A stretch of 64,000 nt of DNA from Macrostomum lignano (Eukaryota): positions 197,859 to 261,858 of the forward strand of contig NIVC01001600.1 of NCBI GenBank assembly GCA_002269645.1, given 5' to 3'. Position numbers and translations under genes: made by a program. The notes under the pieces are model-generated. The model did no database searches and was not told the origin of the DNA. It worked only from the letters and a program-made list of their open reading frames with translations. Position 1 is the stretch's first letter. The number at the start of each line of letters is the position of its first letter. Below are positions 22,816-40,400 of the stretch, one piece after another.

Positions 22816-24039
22816 GGAGAGGGAGTCAGCTTTTGGCCACGGCCGGCCGGTTTTGCTTAGCAGCTGTCTCGCTTCTCTATTATAATGTCTCGCTCTAAGG
22901 TCAATGTCTTTTTTCAAATGCGACCTGCCATTTGAGTCGTCATGTTGAGGCCCATCTTTTAATGCGTCTTGCCTTTTTTATAGCCCATTGATATTCAAAG
23001 AAAATCGAATTCTACGTTAATTTTTATTCTGGCCTACGTACAATCGTACATTTCTTATGACTCGTTCGTAGCTGACTTAAGGCTAGCATTGACCTGTCAT
23101 CCAAACTAAAAAAGTGTGCTACACGAATCCTGCTCACAAACCACATAAATTCACTGACTCTGAGTCGATCACCTTGCTCTGTAGCACATCAGGTCTGACG
23201 TGAACATCTTCTGCATGGAAGTAGCTGTTGATTACGTGACGGTCCATGATCATGGAAGTCTCGCCGGCCACAGTCACGTGACGGCCGATTGGCAGCCAAT
23301 CAAAGTACACGCATACCTTTTTATTTTGCGATATCTGCGGCTGTGCAGGGTGGGAACAACAACAGAAAGGAGTTGTCGCAGACGTCAGCGAGCTGCATGG
23401 GCCGCTGCGATAGCGTCATGGATAGCGTCATGGACTGCCGGGCAGGCCGTGGCGAGGATGAAGGTGTCGGTTTTTAAGTTTTTTTAAGTATTTCTGCTAG
23501 CCGCGGAACAGGCAGAACGGCTGGGAGAAGCCGCGTCTGATCACATCTTTCAGATCGCGGATGGGCTTCGTGTGCGTCTGCGGAGGGAAAAGCTGGAGGG
23601 TATAACCGATGCGGAGGGTGAAGCGGGTGTGGAGGGTAAAGCGGGTGTGGAGGGTAAAGGGGGTGCGAAGAATCTCCTGCGCAACTTTTGGGTGGCAATT
23701 GGTAGATGAACTTGAAGATTATTTCTAAATTTATGAAGTTCAGGGGCAGTGCCCTTGATGACAAAAAAGTTAACTTTAGATTTTGGCTATAAAAAACTAA
23801 GAACTGCAATGGGGACCCATCTAGGGGGTCAAGTCAAGATAGTCAAGCTTGATCACCCATGAAAAATGAAAGTTCTGTGCCAACATATCAATAAAATCTC
23901 ACCTGAGATGCTAAAATTGGCTTCAAATCTGCTTTGAGTGTAATTTGTAGGTTGCCTTGTACTCTGTAGCGTACTACATGTACATGTAACCGTGTACTAA
24001 CCGTGGCCAGCCCTGCTTAACCTGGCATTGCAGACCGCC

Positions 24040-25070
24040 TGGACGCCGTGCACGATTGTCGATGCCGATAAGCATCCGCCGGTCAGCTTCCAGCATCGCG
24101 TGGTGGATTCGTCGATATTATGGTTGGCCGCGCCTTGGTGAGCACTAGCGGCTTTCTCCGGCTTGAATTTTTTGTCCTCGCAGATGCAGACCACGCCTCA
24201 CCGTGGTGGCTGAAAGCATTCAAAGCTCTTGCAATCTCTAAAACGATTGCCGACAACTTCACGGCCTTGTGTGGACTGAATACACTTGAGAAGCTAACTC
24301 GCATCATTGTTTTGAGACGCTGCCATTCTAAGAGAAGGAATCTGCTATCGTCAATTATATGAAGCCCAAGAAGTCTTCAAGAGAGCACGAGATTTTTTGG
24401 TCCTTCGCCAAGCAGCTGGTGAGGAGTCCATCACGGATGTTCTATCCCGCCTGAGGTCACCGCAGGAATCAGCAACCCAGAAGTTCAGAGGCGGGTGCTG
24501 GGTGCGATTCAGACCTCGTCTGGCGTGTCTGGCCCAGAAGAACAAAGGCAAAAGAAGGAACTGCCAATGTCGGATATTGTCGACCTCGTCAGGAACATTG
24601 AACAGGTATCGTCAGGTAGACAATGATTCGGTTCATTTTGCCAAAGATAGTCGATCATCTCTGGAGGCATCTCCATTGCAAGGAACTGTGAGTTTTGTTG
24701 CAAGTCTCATCCTGTCGGCAAATGCCTGGCTTACACCAAAGCTGTAATTCGGAAAGCGCAACCATTGTTGCCTCAGTTTGTCGCTAGGCCGGAGTGAAAG
24801 CAGTGCATCACTCGGATGTCCGACCTGATGAGACCAGTGATGGTAATATACCTGAAGTTCTTCATCTTACGGACACGGATACCGTTCAAGCTATATCTGA
24901 AGCATTAGAGGACATCATAGTCAATGATACTAAAGTGCCCATGCAGCTTGACACTGGTGCTTGCTTTCAAGCAAAATCTGAAAGGCCCTAGATTGTCCCG
25001 TTCAATTGCTGCATGTCATCGCAAGCTCGAGGCCTGTGACGGACACGAAATTTGCGTAAAATGCTCGGGA
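24040..25070 (+). mobile_element. Decayed Ty3/gypsy gag-protease fragment (a different family from 1805-13007)
   Basis: Across frames: YMKPKK..ERARDFLVLRQAAGEESITDVLSRLR, a degenerate double knuckle CEFCCKSH...GKRNH..ASVCR, and protease IIVNDTKVPMQLDTGA; several stops and frameshifts. Confidence 0.7.
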
Positions 25071-25098
25071 AGCTTTCCAAGACCGTCTAAATGAGAGG

Positions 25099-25099
<1 letters not shown>

Positions 25100-25151
<52 letters not shown>

Positions 25152-25155
25152 GCTG

Positions 25156-25203
<48 letters not shown>

Positions 25204-25250
25204 GCTGACTAACTAACTAACTAACTAACTAACTAACAAACTACTAACTA
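25100..25250. repeat. (CTAA)n microsatellite
   Basis: Tetranucleotide array with CTAGCTGA variants. Confidence 0.95.
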
Positions 25251-25563
25251 GCTCTATCCAGTCAAAGCTCTTCCCAATGTAGCTAGCAGCATCTTTTGCG
25301 GACATGAATGCCTCACTTCCCTTTTTGAGTGGTCATTATCATTCGAACAAGAATTAAGTCCAGAAAAAAGCAGGTGCTGAAAATTATTTTTGGTTATTTC
25401 GGCTTGGTGTGATCCCGCCCTCTCGGTCTAGGCTATATAATCTACCGGCATGGCTCGCGTGACATTTAGCGCCGACAACACAATCTTCACTTGATGTTTC
25501 ACAACTAGAAATAGGTCTCTTGCTGCTAAACATTATCATTCACCATTTGAATTGAATCCACAG

Positions 25564-26155
25564 AAAAGCTCAGCTTCAACAAGTGCTTCCAGACCTCGGT
25601 GGGCTGGAACGGAGTCTGCAAGCGAGCCATGGACGGAAACAAAAGCCAGGACTACTGGAAGCACTCCTGCAGCCACACTAATAACTTCAAGGGATTCAAG
25701 AGCTTTACTAAACCTGTTCATATAAAGGAGGTCGTCATCTACAACAGGCAACCAGCTGTCTCTGAGCCAGTGCTCTCAGAGCTCTGTTGGCTGGGATGTC
25801 GTCTGCGGCAGAGCCATCGATGGAAACACCAACCAGTACTACTGGGGACACTCGTGCACTCACACAAATCTGGAGAAGGGCTGGTGGATGGCCAAGACTG
25901 CGAAGCTGGCTCACATCAGAGGTCAAGATCTTCAACAGACTCGACTGCTGTTCTAAAAGACTCACAAACTTTGTGGTTACGGCGGACGGTCACGTGCGCG
26001 CCTCGTACAACTCTAAAAGCGCTTTCAATGTGAAGACGTTCAGTTGCAACAGACTAGGCAGGGTAGTGAAGATCACCAATCGCAAAAAAGCTTTCCTGAC
26101 CCTATGCTAAGTTCAGGTGTTCGGCTTTTGCGGAAATCGGTGTACGGGGCAGTAA
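25564..26155 (+). pseudogene. F-type lectin (fucolectin) tandem-domain pseudogene
   Basis: Domain 1 (RAMDGN...CSHT...VVIYNR) is internally deleted. Domain 2 reads QSSVGW..RAIDGN...CTHT..GWW..EVKIFNRLDCCSKRL...LTLC*VQVFG, with a frameshift near 25920 and TAA at 26108-26110 where a Glu codon is expected. Confidence 0.85.
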
Positions 26156-26287
26156 GTTGATAAGTCTTTCTGCGTTGCCTTCGAAGACATTGCTAGGCTA
26201 AATTGTCTCGTGAAAAATTCACTAAGCCAAACTTCAAATGAGTGCTAAAGAATGCAGTTTAACATATTATACATAGTAACAGACGCT

Positions 26288-27695
26288 CCGTTATCCGCAG
26301 CTCCACTGCCGGTTGTCGACGGTGTTGTGAGGCTTGACGACACCGAATGAAGAGTAGAGTTCGATCTAATAGTTCTAAGACGGAGAGGATTGAGCAACTC
26401 TCAAAATAATACTTTTAATTAGCTAACAATTGTGGACGTTTTTTTCATTTTCCTTTCGAGCAGGTTTATTTAAACAAATTTTGTCAGTTCCTTTTTGAGA
26501 CGCGGTGGAAAGTTTTTTATACAAAACATTTATCGGTTGAGTAGACAATATAAAAATTCACGCACGAAACCCAAAAAAATATTTATCATGGACAACTAAA
26601 GTATCATGTACAAGGATGCCAGAAACTACTTTTCTTTCTTTTCATTTATAGCTTGGTGCTTTCATCTGAGCAAAGTTAATAAAATGACAGCCTTTTGATT
26701 TTTGTTCGGAAACTTCATTTGTAACGTTCATTAAAGTTCAAAATGGAGTTGAAATCGCTTTACGTGGCTTAATAATGGAATTTAATTCAATAAAACAAAA
26801 TACATGCGCTTACATAATCAAGCTTAAACAATAAATTTGTACACAAATACTGTTATAACCAAACAGTATTGTCTCGTTTTACTAATTTGCTACGATAAAA
26901 CAAAGGAATAAATCGACTGACAGCAATGTGGATTTTCACGAGCCATCGGCCACATGGGCATAAACGAATGGGTCGACTGATCTATCCGTGAAATTTGAGT
27001 CTCCTTGACTGATCTATTTAAGTTTTTAAAATTTATTTACCTGCTTCTATAGTAGAACACCTTCCGTCAGTACTGGAGCATCAATTGGCATCAATACAAA
27101 ATCACAGGAATCAGGACAATTGGTTACCGAACCGCGGATGACGGTGCATTGGAATACAGGTGTATGCGCACTACTGAATCAGTAAGAATATCAGTAAGAA
27201 TGCATTTTAAGAATGATGATTTGCATCGGTGATACATGTAGTTCTACATTTTTTGTCTTGCTAATCGTAAACACGTACCAGCATTTACCTGCAAAAATTG
27301 AGTTCGTATCACATTACACACATTTGAGAGGATGTCAAGGGGTTTACCTAAGCTAAGCTTTCATATTTGATATTTCCTAGCAACTACATGTAGGAACATG
27401 GTCTGCATGCCCCAATAAGAAATAGAAAAGCTTATTGTTCTTATTTTCTGGCACAATATTCAACTTGTGAGGAGTATGATAGAGAAGGACTGTTCCAATT
27501 TTGATGTCTCTAGTTTAGCAGTAGCTTTCTTGGAGTTGCTTCGCTTCCTATACAGTAGCTGATAGACGACTTTCTACACCATTTTAATTTTCAGTCAGCC
27601 AGGAGTATCGACCAAAACCACAAGTTTCCTCAAGCAGTTGCTGCAGAGCCACATTCAAGAGTTGCTGTGGCACCAACCCCAACACTTTACAACTG
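26288..27695 (+). repeat. Segmental duplication, copy 2
   Basis: Homologous to 21060-22700, including the terminal-exon sequence, which here reads TPLPVVDGVVRLDDTE*. Confidence 0.9.
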
Positions 27696-28339
27696 GTCCA
27701 CTGTAGCATGTAGACACGATCTAACAGAAACTGAATTTTTTTTCAGTTTTGTTATAAGTCTGCTGGTTTAAACTTACTTTGTACTGATAAATACGCAGAA
27801 TTAAGTCATAGCTGGATTGTTTTTCGGTTGCGCCTGACTGTCTGACTATGAGAAAGTCCGGATCGCTGCATGTACACTCTGAATGTACATGACCGGTTTA
27901 AGATTATTGCATAAACTCAAACAGAATAAACCACTACGAGTAGAAGTTGATAGGCTGAATCAAGAATTTTTTAGAGTCTAATTAAATTATTATTAATCAG
28001 TTAGCTACGTTAAAAGCACAATACTGACTTTCACCAAGCAATGCAAAAATTATTCCAAAGTTCGTAAGTGATAAAAAATTAGCTATAGTTATTACGAATG
28101 ATTAGTAATGACACACCTTGCTCAAAAGAATCACGGCTCCAAAATTGAAAAGTCCCATAATTTGCTAACAACAGCGTGGACTAAACATCAGCTTGTTGCA
28201 AAATGACTAAAAATTCGATAGCAAAGAGTCACTGAGCTCACAGCTGATAGGCAGCAAGTCAGCAGCAATAGCAATGCATTTAATTGGGAAAAACAACTCA
28301 AAAAATGGGTACTCTCCGGAGTGAGATGAAAGCATTTAT

Positions 28340-29385
28340 GAAAGTGGGAAAGGACGAGTAGGGAGACAGTGAATGAGTAGGGGAGAGAGCAGATGAGTAG
28401 GGGAGAGAGTGGATGAGTAGGGGGGAGCGGATAAGTAGGGGGAGCGGATGAGTAGGGGGAGCGGATGAGTAGGGGAGCGGATGAGTAGGGGGAGCGGATG
28501 AGTAGGGGAGCGGATGAGTAGGGGGTGGATGAGTAGGGGGTGGATGAGTAGGGGGAGCGGATGAGTAGGGGGAGCGGATGAGTAGGGGGTGGATGAGTAG
28601 GGGGGAGCGGATGAGTAGGGGTGGATGAGTAGGGGGAGCGGATGAGTAGGGGGCGGATGAGTAGGGGGGAGCGGATGAGTAGGGGGAGCGGATGAGTAGG
28701 TGGAGCGGATGAGTAGGGGGAGCGGATGAGTAGGGGCGGATGAGTGGAGAGCGGATGAGTAGGGGGAGCGGATGAGTAGGGGGTGGATGAGTAGGGGGAG
28801 CGGATGAGTAGGGGGCGGATGAGTAGGGAGGAGCGGATGAGTAGGGGGAGCGGATGAGTAGGTGGAGCGGATGAGTAGGGGGAGCGGATGAGTAGGGGGC
28901 GGATGAGTGGAGAGCGGATGAGTAGGGGGAGCGTATGAGTAGGGGGGCGGATGAGTAGGGGGCGGATGAGTAGGGGGCGGATGAGTAGAGGGGAGCGGAT
29001 GAGTAGGGGGGAGCGGATGAGTAGAGGGGAGCGGATGAGTAGGGGGGAGCGGATGAGTAGGGGGAGCGGATGAGTAGAGGGGAGCGGATGAGTAGGGGGG
29101 AGCGGATGAGTAGGGAGAGCGGATGAGTAGGGGGGAGCGGATGAGTAGGGGGAGCGGATGAGTAGGTGGAGCGGATGAGTAGGGGGAGCGGATGAGTAGG
29201 GGGCGGATGAGTAGGGGGGCGGATGAGTAGGGGGAGCGGATGAGTAGGGGAGCGGATGAGTAGGGGGAGCGGATGAGTAGGGGGGCGGATGAGTAGGGGG
29301 CGGATGAGTAGGGGGGAGCGGATGAGTAGGGGGAGCGGATGAGTAGGGGGGAGCGGATGAGTAGAAGAGTGGATGAGGAGGGAAA
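28340..29385. repeat. G-rich minisatellite, unit about GGATGAGTAGGGGGAGC (16-19 bp)
   Basis: Tandem array just downstream of the SFXN5 stop codon. Confidence 0.95.
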
Positions 29386-29549
29386 GAGCGGTTTGGATGC
29401 AAAATTGTTAAAATAATTAGACAGGCAAACATTATGACGGCTCAATGCACGTCAGGGCAATGCAATGCTTAGCAAAAAAGCTTTAAAACAATTCAGCCAC
29501 CATTAAAACCATGAAAACTAAAAGCACAGCAAAAGTTATTCGGGTTGGT

Positions 29550-33384
<3,835 letters not shown>

Positions 33385-34154
33385 CTGTAGACGCCAGGAA
33401 GGTCGTGCATGCAGATGAAAATGCAGGTACAGATCCTTACTTACACTGCACATTGGCTGCCTAAGACACCTTGAATTAAAGCTACCAAAGTACATAGATC
33501 AGGAGTCAGACAACTCCGGCTCGCAGTCTCACTATCCGGCCCTGGGGTCCTTGGAAACTTGACAATATTAATCCGACAGCTCAAGATTCGTGTCTCTGCT
33601 CAGCGCTCTTCACTCCCCACTTCCCTACTCTCCCCTTCCCTACTCTCTCCTCTTCTCTACTCTCTCAAAGTTTGCTGACCCCTATAATAGATTTTAAAAA
33701 TCTTCAAGATCCAAAAAGTAAAACAAACAAACCAGAATTACGCTGTAACTATAAAAATTAATAACTTTTATTTGGACGGACGTAATCCTATAATATTTTC
33801 GTGATTTTTTAGTTTTGAAAAAATGAAAACACTGACGTGCAACAAAACGTTTTGAAAGAGAGTCCCAGCTCAGAAATCGAACGGGAACTCAAAAAAAGAC
33901 TGCACAGCAGGGAGCAAATGGAATGTAAGACAAAAAGTGCGAGCCTGAAAAATTTACGGAAACAATTTACATTAAACCTACTGTTAGTAGCAACATTTAG
34001 TAGTTTACTTAGATTTAAATTGATACAATGTAAAGAACGAAGATTGATTGAAAATTTCGATTTGGGGGGTTGTCTTACATCCATGAGGGCCAATCCCCAA
34101 ATCCACAGAAAGTCGTTAAAAAGGTCGTTAAAAAAGTCACAAGAGTCGGCTAAG

Positions 34155-34275
34155 ATGTGTGCAACCGACAGCTCAGCCGCAGCTATTGTCCAAGGACTGG
34201 GAGGGGTCGCCACACACACACCCTGAATTATCCCAGCTAATGCTGGCACACATTTTACAGCTGGGTGAACTGAAG
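34155..34275 (-). mobile_element. 5'-truncated copy of the SINE at 46590-46830
   Basis: Shares GCAACCGACAGCTCAGCCGCAGC and CCCAGCTAATGCTGGCAC.CATTTTACAGCTGGGTGAA with 46600-46720. Confidence 0.75.
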
Positions 34276-34445
34276 CAATGCAGAGTTACAAATCTTATCA
34301 AGTAGGTCGAAAATCGATTTTTCTAACTACTAAAGCTACAACCCATTTTGTTTGATGATAAACCAATGAAAAGACACAACGTACTTTTACAGCTAAATAG
34401 TTTATTTTTTAAAACTAAAACCAGCTAAGTTTACGATGCTAACAA

Positions 34446-37400
34446 TCAGGCGCTAGAGGCGTCGAAGCTATCAGCGTAGCTGTACGCCCCTCCGCCGCTG
34501 CGCCCCGTGTCGCCGACGTCCTCCTCTTCGATTTCCTCCTCAAATTCCTGAGCAGCGTCCTCAGCCTCCAGCTGTTGCGACGGCGGCGACAGCACAGGAG
34601 GCGGCGGCGGAGTTATCGACTGCGCGGCCGCCGCCGCCGCTGCCGACGGGCCCCTGGAGGCGGCGTCTTCATCCTCAGCGTCGGAGTCTGGGAAATCGTT
34701 GAACTGCAGCTGGTGCCGCTGTTGAAAGGCGTCGCCGGAGTCTGCAGTTGGTTGATGTTGCTGCCGCTCGGCGACAACGGCGGAATCAGCTGCCGCTGCC
34801 GACGATGGTGCAGCAGGCTGGAGCAGCGGCTGCTGACCGGATGGCCCCAGGTCCTGCAGCACCTGGTCACCTGGGTTGGCGGGCGGGACAGGAAAGCTGA
34901 GCTCTGGGACACCTGGTGCAAACCAGCACCAGATAGGCAACTGGTTCCAACCCAGAGACACCCAGTCCCAACCCAGAGACACCCAGTCCCAACCCAGAGA
35001 CACCCAGTCCCAACCCAGAGACACACCCAGTCCCAACCCAGAGACACACCCAGTCCCAACCCAGAGACACACCCAGTCGCAACCCAGAGACACCCAGTCC
35101 CAACCAAGAGACACCTAGTCCAACCCAGAGACACACCCAGTCCCAACCAAGAGACACCTAGTCCAACCCAGAGACACCCAGTCCCAACCCAGAGACATCC
35201 AGTTCCAACCCAGAGACATCCGGTCCCAACCCAGAGACACACCCAGTCCCAACCCAGAGACATCCGGTCCCAACCCAGAGACATCCGGTCCCAACCCAGA
35301 GACACCCAGTCCCAACCCAGAGACACACCCAGTCCCAACCCAGAGACACACCCAGTCCCAACCCAGAGACACACCCAGTCGCAACCCAGAGACACCCAGT
35401 CCCAACCCAGAGACACACCCAGTCCCAACCAAGAGACACCTAGTCCAACCCAGAGACACACCCAGTCCCAACCAAGAGACACCCAGTCCCAACCAAGAGA
35501 CACCTAGTCCAACCCAGAGACACACCCAGTCCCAACCCAGAGACACACCCAGTCCCAACCCAGAGACACACCCAGTCGCAACCCAGAGACACCCAGTCCC
35601 AACCAAGAGACACCTAGTCCAACCCAGAGACACACTCAGTCCCAACCAAGAGACACCTAGTCCAACCCAGAGACACCCAGTCCCAACCCAGAGACATCCA
35701 GTTCCAACCCAGAGACATCCGGTCCCAACCCAGAGACACCCAGTCCCAACCCAGAGACACCCAGTCCCAACCCAGAGACACACCCAGTCCCAACCCAGAG
35801 ACACCCAGTCCCAACCCAGAGACACCCAGTCCCAACCCAGAGACACACCCAGTCCCAACCCAGAGACACACCCAGTCGCAACCCAGAGACACCCAGTCCC
35901 AACCCAGAGACACACCCAGTCCCAACCCAGAGACACACCCAGTCCCAACCCAGAGACACACCCAGTCCCAACCCAGAGACACACCCAGTCCAGTCCCAAC
36001 CCAGAGACACACCCAGTCCCAACCCAGAGACACACCCAGTCCCAACCCAGAGACACACCCAGTCCCAACCCAGAGACACACCCAGTCGCAACCCAGAGAC
36101 ACCCAGTCCCAACCAAGAGACACCTAGTCCAACCCAGAGACACACCCAGTCCCAACCCAGAGACATCCGGTCCCAACCCAGAGACACACCCAGTCCCAAC
36201 CCAGAGACACACCCAGTCCCAACCCAGAGACACCCAGTCCCAACCCAGAGACACACCCAGTCCCAACCCAGAGACACACCCAGTCCCAACCCAGAGACAA
36301 CCCAAGCAGCTCACCAGTCAGCAGCTCCTGATCCCTAGCCAGCTGCAGGTGCCTCCTCAGCCGGTCATATGTCTGATCGGCATCCCGCTTAACCCTGGTA
36401 GCCCTGCTGTACATCTCGTCCCCGTTAGCGTCGTCAAACTGCAAGGAGTCGGCGCCAACAGCTGCGGAATTCGTATCGACGAGATTGTCAGCATTTCTCG
36501 ACTGTTGCCGCTTCTGCTGTTGCTGAGGCTTCTTGCTACGAGCAGCGGGTGAAGGGTTCTTGGCCGCTGGTCTGCCACGAGGAGGCTGACGTTGCTGCTG
36601 CTGCTGCTGACTCTGTCCAGGGGACTCCAAGGCAGCGGCACTTGGACCGGCGCCAGTCGAAACAGCTCTGTCAGCCAAATTGAGTCCACTTGGTAAATTG
36701 TCCATGCCTGCGGCTGTGACCACTCTGCCTAGGCCTGCGGAGACAGGGATTGGCTTTGTTGAGCTGGCGGTTCTGTCTGATATCTAACCCTATCTGTCTG
36801 ATATCTAACCCTATCTGTCTGATATCTAACCCTGATATCTAACCCTATCTGTCTGATATCTAACCCTATCTGTCTGATATCTAAACTTGATATCTAACCC
36901 TATCTGTCTGATATCTAACCCTGATATCTAACCCTATCTATCTGATATCTAACCCTATCTGTCTGATATCTAACCCTGATATCTAACCCTATCTATCTGA
37001 TATCTAACCCTATCTGTCTGATATCTAACCCTATCTGTCTGATATCTAACCCTATCTGTCTGATATCTAACCCTATCTGTCTGATATCTAATCCTATCTG
37101 TCTGATATCTAACCCTATCTGTCTGACATCTAACCCTGATATCTAACCCTTTCTGTCTGATATCTAACCCTGATATCTAACCCTATCTGTCTGATATCTA
37201 ACCCTATCTGTCTGATATCTAACCCTTTCTGTCTGATATCTAACCCTGATATCTAACCCTATCTGTCTGATATCTAACCCTATCTGTCAGATATCCTATA
37301 TACTAAAAATGAAATGTCTGTAACTAACTAGCTATGCGATAGATTTCAAAAAAAATGGCTCAACCGATTTTCTTTAAACTTGCACCATTCGATCAGAAAT

Positions 37401-40400
37401 GTTCCTGGGACGGTACATGCATCTTGGCTAAGAAATTGCTCAATGTTAAAGGGATTAAATATTCGAAAAACATGCTTTTTTGCAAAGGTCAAGCAAAATT
37501 TTTGACTTGAAATGCATTGTAAGAATGCTAGAGAAAAAACTGACTGGCTGAATTACGATTGTGATAAAGATTGCATCACAACAAGTTGAAAACAGTGCCA
37601 CAGAAACGCACACAAGACTTCATTTAAATTGCGTAACCATATTGCTAACTTAAATTCAGACTGATACTGGCTGACTGAGAAATTGATTATGTCATAACTT
37701 TTTACTCTAACCGACTTGCTATAAGTATTGAATTATAAGGGCCACAAGTCATGTTCTCCAATTGAAAAGAGATAGCCGGATGCAAACAGACTGGAATGCT
37801 AATGTAGCGACCTTGGTTCGAATCTTAGTAGTAAAAAATGTTTTTTTTATTAAAACACCTTAAAAAACACAAAATTCTAAACATTAAAGAGCCACCATTT
37901 CAAACCTAAAAGAGCCACCATGTCAAACATTAAAGAGCCACCATTTCAAACCTAAAAGAGCCACCATGTCGAACATTAAAGAGCCACCATGTCGAACATA
38001 AAAGAGCCACCATATCAAACATTAAAGAGCCACCATTTCAAACATTAAAGAGCCGCCATGTCAAACATTAAAGAGCCACCATTTCAAACCTAAAAGAGCC
38101 ACCATGTCGAACATTAAAGAGCCACCATGTCGAACATAAAAGAATTACCATGTCAAACATTAAAGAGCCACCATATCAAACATAAAAGAATTACCATGTC
38201 AAACATTAAAGAGCCACCATGTCGAACATTAAAGAGCCACAATGTCAAACATTAAAGAGCCACCATTTCAAACCTAAAAGAGCCACCATGTCGAACATTA
38301 AAAAGCCACCATGTCAAACATTAAAGAGCCACAATGGCAAACATTAAAGAGACACCATTAAGAACATTAAAGAGCCACCATGTCAAACATAAAACAGCCA
38401 CCATTTCGAAAATTAAAGAGCCACCATTTTAAACATTAAAGAGCCACCTTGTCAAATATTAAAGAGCCACAATGTCAAACATTAAAGAGCCACCTTATCA
38501 AACATTAAAGAGCCACCATGTCGAACATAAAAGAGCCACAATGTAGAACATAAAAGAGTCACCATGTCAAACAGTAAAGAGCCACCATGTAAAACATTAA
38601 AGAGCCACCATGTCGAACATAAAAGAGGTACCATGTCAAACATTAATGACCCACCAGGTCAAACATGAAAGTGCCACCATGTCAAATATTAAAAAGCCAC
38701 CATGTCAAACATTAAAGAGCCACCAGGTCAAACATGAAAGTGCCACCATATAAAACATTAAAGAGCCACCATGTCAAACATTAAAGAGCCACCAGGTCAA
38801 ACATATACATGACTTCATGTCAAACATTAAAGAGCCACCATGTCGAACATAAAAGGGCCACCATGTCAAATATTAAAGAGCCACCATGTCAAACATTAAA
38901 GAGCAACCAGGTCAAACATGAAAGTGCCACCATGTAACACATTAAAGAGCCACCATGTCGAACATTTAAGAACCACCATGTCAAACATAAAATAGCCACC
39001 ATGTGAAACATATAGGTGACTCCATGTAAAACATTAAAGAGCTACCATATCAGACATATACATGACTCCATGTCAAACATATACGTGACTCCATGTTAGA
39101 CATTAAAGAGCCACCATGTCGAACATTAAAGATCCAACGTATTAAAAATACAAGAGCCACCATGTCAAACATATACATGACTCCATGTCAAACATTGAAG
39201 AGACACCATGTCGAACATAAAAGAGCCACCATGCAAAACATAAAAGAGCCACCATGTCTAACATTAAAGAGCCACCATGGCAAACATATACATGACTCTA
39301 TGTCGAACAATCAAGAGCCACCATGTCAAACATATACATGACTCCATGTCAAACGTTAAAGAGACACCATGTCAAACATTAAAGAGCCACCATGTCAAAC
39401 ATTTAAGAGCCACCAGGTCAAACATGAAAGTGCCACCATGTAAAACATTAAAGAGCCACCATGTAAAACATATACGTAACTCCATGTCAAATATTGAAGA
39501 GACCCCATGTCAAACATTAAAGAGCCACCACGTCGAACATAAAAGAGCCACCATGTAAAACATATACGTAACTCCATGTCAAACATTGAAGCGACACCAT
39601 GTCGAACATAAAAGAGCCACCATGTCGAACATTAAAGAGCCACCATGTCGAACATAAAAGAGCTACCATGTCAAACATTAAAGAGCCACCATGTTAAACA
39701 TAAAAGAGCCATCATGTCAAACATATAAGTGACTTTATGTCGAACATTAAAGAGCCACCATTTCTAACATTAAAGAGCCACCATGTCCAACATTAAAGAG
39801 TCACCATGTCAAAAATTAAAGAGCCACCATGTCTATCATTAAAGAGCCATCATGTCAAACATTAAAGAGCTACTTTGTCTAACATTGAATAGCCACCATG
39901 TCAAACATTAAAGAGCCACCATGTCAAACATTAAAGAGCCACCATGTCAAACATAAAAGAGCCACCTTTTTGAACATTAAAGAGCCACCATTTCGAACAT
40001 TAAAGAGCCACCATGTCAAACATAATAGAGCCCCCATGTCAAACATAGAAGAGCCCCCATGTCAAACATAGAAGAGCCCCATGTCAAACATTAAAGAGCC
40101 ACCATGTCCAACATATACATGACTCCATGTTGAACATTCAAGAGCTACCATGTCAAACATATACATGACGCCATGTCGAACATAAAAGAGCCACCATGTC
40201 GAACATTAAAAAGCCACCATGTCAAACATTAAAGAGCCACCATTTCAAACCTAAAAGAGCCACCATGTCGAACATTGAAGAGCCACCATGTCGAACATTA
40301 AAGGGCCAGCATGTCAAATATTAAAGGGCCACCATGTCAAATATTAAGGAGCCACCATGTCAAACATTAAAGAGCCACCAGGTCAAACATGAAAGTGCCA

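Noticed and set aside
23200-23809. GC-rich segment with an HPLYPP repeat and short ORFs
   Set aside because: Frames do not join without several indels; no domain or splice structure recognised.
28188-29445. Long Pro/Ser-rich ORFs (extensin-like)
   Set aside because: Translations of the G-rich minisatellite.
34575-36314. GWDWV / PRDTQSQ repeat ORFs
   Set aside because: Intronic minisatellite of CEP78.
36772-37293. Interstitial telomere (each unit contains TAACCC)
   Set aside because: One hexamer per 21 bp unit, not tandem TTAGGG.
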